Virus record (IMG/VR): IMGVR_UViG_3300027759_000071
Location: 18,227-82,226 of that record
Direction: 5' to 3' (one strand)
Length of the DNA stretch: 64,000 nt
Source: a virus
Both the position numbers and the translations under genes were made by a program. The notes below the pieces were generated by a model. That model saw only the letters and a program-made list of their open reading frames with translations. It had not been told where the DNA came from and ran no database searches. How positions within the stretch are numbered: position 1 is the stretch's first letter; each line of letters begins with the position of its first letter. Of the stretch, positions 60,041 through 64,000 are shown one piece after another.

Positions 60041-62638
60041 ATGTGGCCTAAGCTATCAAATATAGAAGCAAATATCGCTTCCAAAATAAAGAATAGAAAT
60101 AATGTAGCAGCTAGTACATTGAATTGCTGGGTAAGAGTTATTTCTGGAGCAAATGCTGGATTGATATTTGAATCACATCCCGAATATCCAATATTTTCGC
60201 TTGCAGGTGAACCATCAGTATATGGTAATTCAACAACAAGCGGTACTATTGGCACAGATTGGAACGGTAAAATAGTATCTACTAAAGCTGGTAGAGCATT
60301 AAGACCAAGACCAATTATAACTGGATTGGAAGTTAAAGAAGGACATGACCAAATATCAAGAGAAGCAACTTTAAAAATAAAATGTTTTACATTAGAACAA
60401 TTAGAAAAGATTCAAGAATATTTTATGGAACCGGGTTATACATTGTGTATTGAATTTGGATGGAACACTCCAAATGCTGCAGCTGGTATAATAAAAACAA
60501 AAGAAATATTATCCGATGGAGTTTCATCAAATTTAAATCAAAATAAATTACATGCTAAACGAATTAAATCAAATGGAGATTATGATTCTTTTTTAGGATT
60601 TATAGTTGGTGGTAGTATTAGTAATGAAAGTGAAGCATTTGATGTTGAAATATCTTTAAGAGGGTCTCCATCTTTACCTACATTTATGCAATCTCATAAT
60701 TTACCATTAGAAAAAAATAATAAAGGAGATATTGATTTACGAATAAATAACACAGGTCCCCACCCATTTCCATCAGCAGACGCGGAAAATGAAAAAGTTA
60801 ATGTATTAGACCGAAGATTTATTGCAATGTTCAATGCATTGCCAACATTTAGACAAACGGATGATGTTAAAAACATATTAAAAGATGGTATTACTCCGTC
60901 GGTTAAATTAAATGAACTTGATTTTATAAATTTTGATAAAGTAGTTAGTAATTCTGTAAATTCATTTGCAGACCCATCTTTTTTTAAAAGATTTCAAAAA
61001 GGACAAGGAAAAGAAGTTAATGTTAATGGAACTGCTGGTGATATTCCAATAGAAAAAGATAAACTTTTTTCAAAAAATAGATATATTAGACTTGAATTGG
61101 CTGTGGCAATATTAAATAGAATTGGTGTTATTGAAGCATATCAAATAGGAAATGAAAGTATTGATTTACGAATTGATATTTCAAATTCTGTTATTGGTGC
61201 TTTTCCAAAAATCTTTTCAGCTAAAGCTGATAAATTACTAATAGCAGGTACACTACCTGATTTTAGTAAATATTTTTTAAAGCTACCAGAGGAAAACCAA
61301 CAGGCGTTATATGATAGTGAGTTTATTGGACTTGGTGTCCCTTTTGTTGAAACAGACCCACTACCAAATGCCAATGTAAAGGGGTATAGTGAGAATGCTC
61401 AACATTGGGGCTATATTAAAAATCTTTATGTAAATTTTGATATGTTTAAAAATAAAATTGAACAAAAAAATAAAAACATAAGAGAAATATTTTTAGATAT
61501 ATTAAATGAAATGTCTGATGCAGTAAATTCATATTGGAATTTTCAAATAGTAGAAATTCAAGATGAAAATGGAAATATAAGTAAAGTAACTGAAATAAAC
61601 GCATCTACAATTCCTTTATTAAATCCAACTAATATAACAAATCCAATAAAACTTACTCAAATTGAAGATACTAAAACTACTATAAAATTGGGTGTAATAG
61701 ATGAGCATTGGATAGGTAAGCCACCAACGATAGAACCAATACAAACATTTTATCATAATGGAGCTAATTGTACATTTTTACAATCAACTTTAGAATCATC
61801 TATACCAGGTGAAATGACAAGTGCAATAGTTTCTAGAAGATTAAATGTTGTAACAAATCCGGATTCTCCTATAACAGATGTTGGTGGATTTTTTAATGCA
61901 AGTGTTGATTTATTTTTAAAAGAAGTAATAGCTAACGGACAGACTAGAAAAGTAACTACTGAAGCAGCGGTTGGTGACAGTACAAACCCACCAGTTAAAA
62001 AAACTGAATTAGAAGAACTACAAGAAAACAAGGGAAAGTTAGGTGTAGTTAGAGATACAGATGAATTAGGAAATAAAAAATATACATATAGTAAAACACC
62101 AGGACAACCAGATCCACCCAAGGTATCAGATGATGATATACGTGCATATGAAGCATTAGAAACAGCTATAAATGCAAAAAAAGAGCAAACGCAAAAACAG
62201 GAAAAAACAACTCTTACACAAAATTTAGATAAACTTGATGTAGTACCAAATCCAAAACAAGCTACACCATTAAAATTAGATAATTCAAGTATTACAGATA
62301 CAAACAAATTTAAAGAAAATTTTGCAATATATTGCTTTAATGATACTTCATTTTTTGATAAAATTAAAAATAAAAATTTCTTTTTAAGTAAACCAACAGA
62401 TAATTTAGTAAATAAAAATGGTTCAATAGATAAAAGATTATCGCACCCATTACCTATAAAATATAGTTTTAAAATATTGGGAACAAGCGGATTAAGAAGA
62501 GGTGATATGTTTAATATAATTGGTATTCCTACAAAATATGCAAAATATGGATTGTTTCAAATAACTCAAGTTGAACATACAATTGAAAATATGAATTGGT
62601 TTACATCAGTAAAAGGAGAATATAGACAAATACAATAA
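60041..62638 (+). CDS. Baseplate hub protein (probable)
   Basis: RP.P.ITG.EVK, REATLKIKCF..EQLE...YF.EPG....EFGW, and C-terminal G.SG...G..F.I..IP..Y...FQIT.VEH.I...W.T. Confidence 0.6.
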   Translation: MWPKLSNIEANIASKIKNRNNVAASTLNCWVRVISGANAGLIFESHPEYPIFSLAGEPSVYGNSTTSGTIGTDWNGKIVSTKAGRALRPRPIITGLEVKEGHDQISREATLKIKCFTLEQLEKIQEYFMEPGYTLCIEFGWNTPNAAAGIIKTKEILSDGVSSNLNQNKLHAKRIKSNGDYDSFLGFIVGGSISNESEAFDVEISLRGSPSLPTFMQSHNLPLEKNNKGDIDLRINNTGPHPFPSADAENEKVNVLDRRFIAMFNALPTFRQTDDVKNILKDGITPSVKLNELDFINFDKVVSNSVNSFADPSFFKRFQKGQGKEVNVNGTAGDIPIEKDKLFSKNRYIRLELAVAILNRIGVIEAYQIGNESIDLRIDISNSVIGAFPKIFSAKADKLLIAGTLPDFSKYFLKLPEENQQALYDSEFIGLGVPFVETDPLPNANVKGYSENAQHWGYIKNLYVNFDMFKNKIEQKNKNIREIFLDILNEMSDAVNSYWNFQIVEIQDENGNISKVTEINASTIPLLNPTNITNPIKLTQIEDTKTTIKLGVIDEHWIGKPPTIEPIQTFYHNGANCTFLQSTLESSIPGEMTSAIVSRRLNVVTNPDSPITDVGGFFNASVDLFLKEVIANGQTRKVTTEAAVGDSTNPPVKKTELEELQENKGKLGVVRDTDELGNKKYTYSKTPGQPDPPKVSDDDIRAYEALETAINAKKEQTQKQEKTTLTQNLDKLDVVPNPKQATPLKLDNSSITDTNKFKENFAIYCFNDTSFFDKIKNKNFFLSKPTDNLVNKNGSIDKRLSHPLPIKYSFKILGTSGLRRGDMFNIIGIPTKYAKYGLFQITQVEHTIENMNWFTSVKGEYRQIQ

Positions 62639-62639
62639 T

Positions 62640-63002
62640 ATGAGTATATACAGAGTAGTATATGATAGACTTAATAGAAGTAAAATAAATCAATTTGAAA
62701 TACCAAATATAGAAACTCATGTGCCAAAGCCAATAGATACTGATTATACAACGGGATATATTACTAGATATTTTATACAAAAATCAAATGATATAAATTC
62801 TGTTGTGCGTGAAATATCAAAAACAGGATATCAAGAATTTATAAATAATAGTTTTTATACAATCGTAACATTAGATTGGAAGATAGCAGGTACTGCTGAA
62901 GAAATAAAAGAAGGAAATTTAAAATCGGTAAAAAGAGCAGCTAAGGTATTACCAGCTGTTCAACTTTATTTACCATACCTTTTACAATTTTCTAAACAAT
63001 AA
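62640..63002 (+). CDS. Conserved hypothetical phage protein (baseplate region)
   Basis: P.P...DY..G.ITRYF..K.N; last gene of the structural run. Confidence 0.55.
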   Translation: MSIYRVVYDRLNRSKINQFEIPNIETHVPKPIDTDYTTGYITRYFIQKSNDINSVVREISKTGYQEFINNSFYTIVTLDWKIAGTAEEIKEGNLKSVKRAAKVLPAVQLYLPYLLQFSKQ

Positions 63003-63034
63003 TTTGGCAGTTTAAGAAATTATTCGTATATTTA
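63003..63034 (+). promoter_or_regulatory. Promoter for tmRNA: TTTG (63003-63006) N20 TATATTTA (63027-63034)
   Basis: Bacteroidota -33/-7 spacing, with one mismatch (terminal A instead of G) in the -7 box. Confidence 0.6.
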
Positions 63035-63045
63035 CATTATATAAT

Positions 63046-63432
63046 GGGGATGCCATGGACTTGATTGCAATGAGAATGGTAGTACCACACGTAGAGAGAT
63101 GTGCTAGAGCTCTTTAAATCTGCGCAAACAAACAACTGACGAAATGTCAACTATGACCTTTGATTCTATGATGGAATTCATTGGGGCTTCTGAGTACGCA
63201 TACGCTGCTTAGTTCATTCCGCATCACTCGTGGAACATTTAAATAGAAGTGAACAAAACGGAGCTCTACCTATCGGCTCTTTAAAACTGATAGGATGGTG
63301 GAATTGCTGAATTAACCATTCGGCCCCAATTATTTTGGAAAGTTTGTAAGATTAAACTTTACCTAAACGTGTGATATGCTGGTATTATGATTACTTTGTA
63401 AGACAGGGGTTCGATTCCCCTCATCTCCACCA
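63046..63432 (+). ncRNA. ssrA: tmRNA (transfer-messenger RNA)
   Basis: Acceptor stem GGGGATG/CATCTCC with a G3-U wobble, and 3' ACCA. T-arm AGGGG-TTCGATT-CCCCT. Long-range pairs TTGCAA/TTGTAA and CACACGT (63086)/ACGTGTG (63367). Internal tag ORF ending YAYAA*. 387 nt. Confidence 0.95.
63138..63212 (+). other. tmRNA tag reading frame (A)DEMSTMTFDSMMEFIGASEYAYAA*
   Basis: Resume codon GAC follows ACAACT; ends GCT GCT TAG. Confidence 0.75.
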
Positions 63433-63474
63433 AAATCCCATTCTACATTAATTTGGTAGTTTGGGATTTTTTTT
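63432..63474 (+). terminator. Terminator hairpin after tmRNA
   Basis: aaaatccca...tgggatttt stem with inner ctac/gtag pairing, followed by a T run. Confidence 0.7.
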
Positions 63475-63483
63475 GTATCTTTG
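63452..63483 (+). promoter_or_regulatory. Bacteroidota housekeeping-sigma promoter: TTTG N20 TATCTTTG
   Basis: Exact match to the -33 TTTG / -7 TAnnTTTG consensus with a 20-nt spacer. Confidence 0.85.
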
Positions 63484-63489
63484 TATCCT

Positions 63490-64000
63490 ATGATAATTAT
63501 TGAGTCTATTGAAGAAATTAATGAATTAAAAGAAAAGCTGGAAACTGAAACTTCGGTTTGGTATCCATTGTGGGTAGATAATAGTAAGCATCCTTTAAAC
63601 ACTTCTCTTTCGCTCGTAGTTGTACGATGTTCAGATGGCTTATACGTTTTACCACATAAACATACAGACGCTCTATCGCTAAGTAATGAGCAAATAGAGA
63701 CCTTACTTAATACCAACGGACAAAAGTGGATATTTCAAAAAAAGAAGATATTACATACTCTTAATGTATTAGTAAATCTATATGATGTAGATTCAGCATA
63801 CTTTAGAAAGGAAGCAAAGGTAATTGATTATGAAGCCCCTTTAAATCCTCTCCTTTCAACGTTGACTCACAAAGGGTATAGAGATGATTTAATCCAATCC
63901 CTTCCTCTAATGAAGATTGTAGAAGCAATAGAACCTCAATTCGGTAAGTACTTCCATAATGAACCTTATACTCCTACACTTAAATGGTATAATGAAGTGT
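63490..64000 (+). CDS. 5' part of an ORF running off the window; probable family A DNA polymerase-like protein (N-terminal exonuclease-like region)
   Basis: Open frame MIIIESIEEINELKEKL...HPLNT.LS...Y.LP..H.D... to the window end, absent from the ORF track because it has no stop. The product call rests on recalled resemblance only. Confidence 0.5.
   Translation, partial: MIIIESIEEINELKEKLETETSVWYPLWVDNSKHPLNTSLSLVVVRCSDGLYVLPHKHTDALSLSNEQIETLLNTNGQKWIFQKKKILHTLNVLVNLYDVDSAYFRKEAKVIDYEAPLNPLLSTLTHKGYRDDLIQSLPLMKIVEAIEPQFGKYFHNEPYTPTLKWYNEV

Larger units (their letters stand above)
1..64000 (+). mobile_element. Large myovirus-like bacteriophage genome segment (morphogenesis module), probable Bacteroidota host
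   Basis: Co-oriented neck, tail terminator, sheath, tube, chaperone, tape measure, baseplate and S74-chaperone fibre genes, with no cellular housekeeping operons. A Bacteroidota-type promoter lies at 63452-63483. Confidence 0.93.

Noticed and set aside
50921-62638. Extracellular contractile injection system or tailocin rather than a phage
   Set aside because: Head-tail neck genes, a tmRNA, a downstream replication-type gene and the lack of bacterial flanking genes favour a true phage.
63395-63432. Stand-alone tRNA gene or attachment site
   Set aside because: The T-arm and CCA belong to the tmRNA. There is no anticodon arm, integrase or duplicated att core in the window.
63363-63716. Minus-strand 117-aa ORF
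   Set aside because: It is antisense to the tmRNA 3' end (the GGDEGNRTP pattern typical of reverse-read tRNA-like ends) and to the + strand ORF at 63490.
1-64000. Alternative genetic code (stop-codon reassignment)
   Set aside because: Genes are intact and densely packed under code 11, and TAA, TAG and TGA all serve as stops.

Overview
This window is a 64-kb, AT-rich piece of a large contractile-tailed (myovirus-like) phage genome. All real genes are on the + strand and tightly packed. It covers most of the virion morphogenesis region: neck and tail-terminator genes, four very large fibre/appendage genes (1027, 5011, 4164 and 2960 aa) with small adaptor or chaperone genes, tail sheath, tail tube, a tail-assembly chaperone pair that looks frameshifted, tape measure and baseplate genes. 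It ends with a phage tmRNA and the 5' part of a probable PolA-family gene. A perfect TTTG-N20-TAnnTTTG promoter and A-rich, mostly Shine-Dalgarno-free start regions point to a Bacteroidota host. No capsid, portal or terminase gene is visible. The most notable item is a candidate virion glycosylation system. It centres on a three-domain enzyme (Cys-rich N-terminus + GT95/GT96-like peptidyl O-glycosyltransferase + radical SAM/SPASM) in the structural cluster, next to a mucin-like poly-Thr protein and fibres carrying about 2,700 residues of nearly proline-free Gly-X-Ser repeats. Other highlights are 22 tandem C-x-R-D helical repeats resembling the phycobiliprotein chromophore helix, an intact blue-copper site in a fibre, a +1/-2 frameshift site, a tmRNA with a long tag, a recurring ATATTTAT late-promoter motif, and apparent GATC avoidance. 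All family assignments come from motif recognition by eye; no searches were run.
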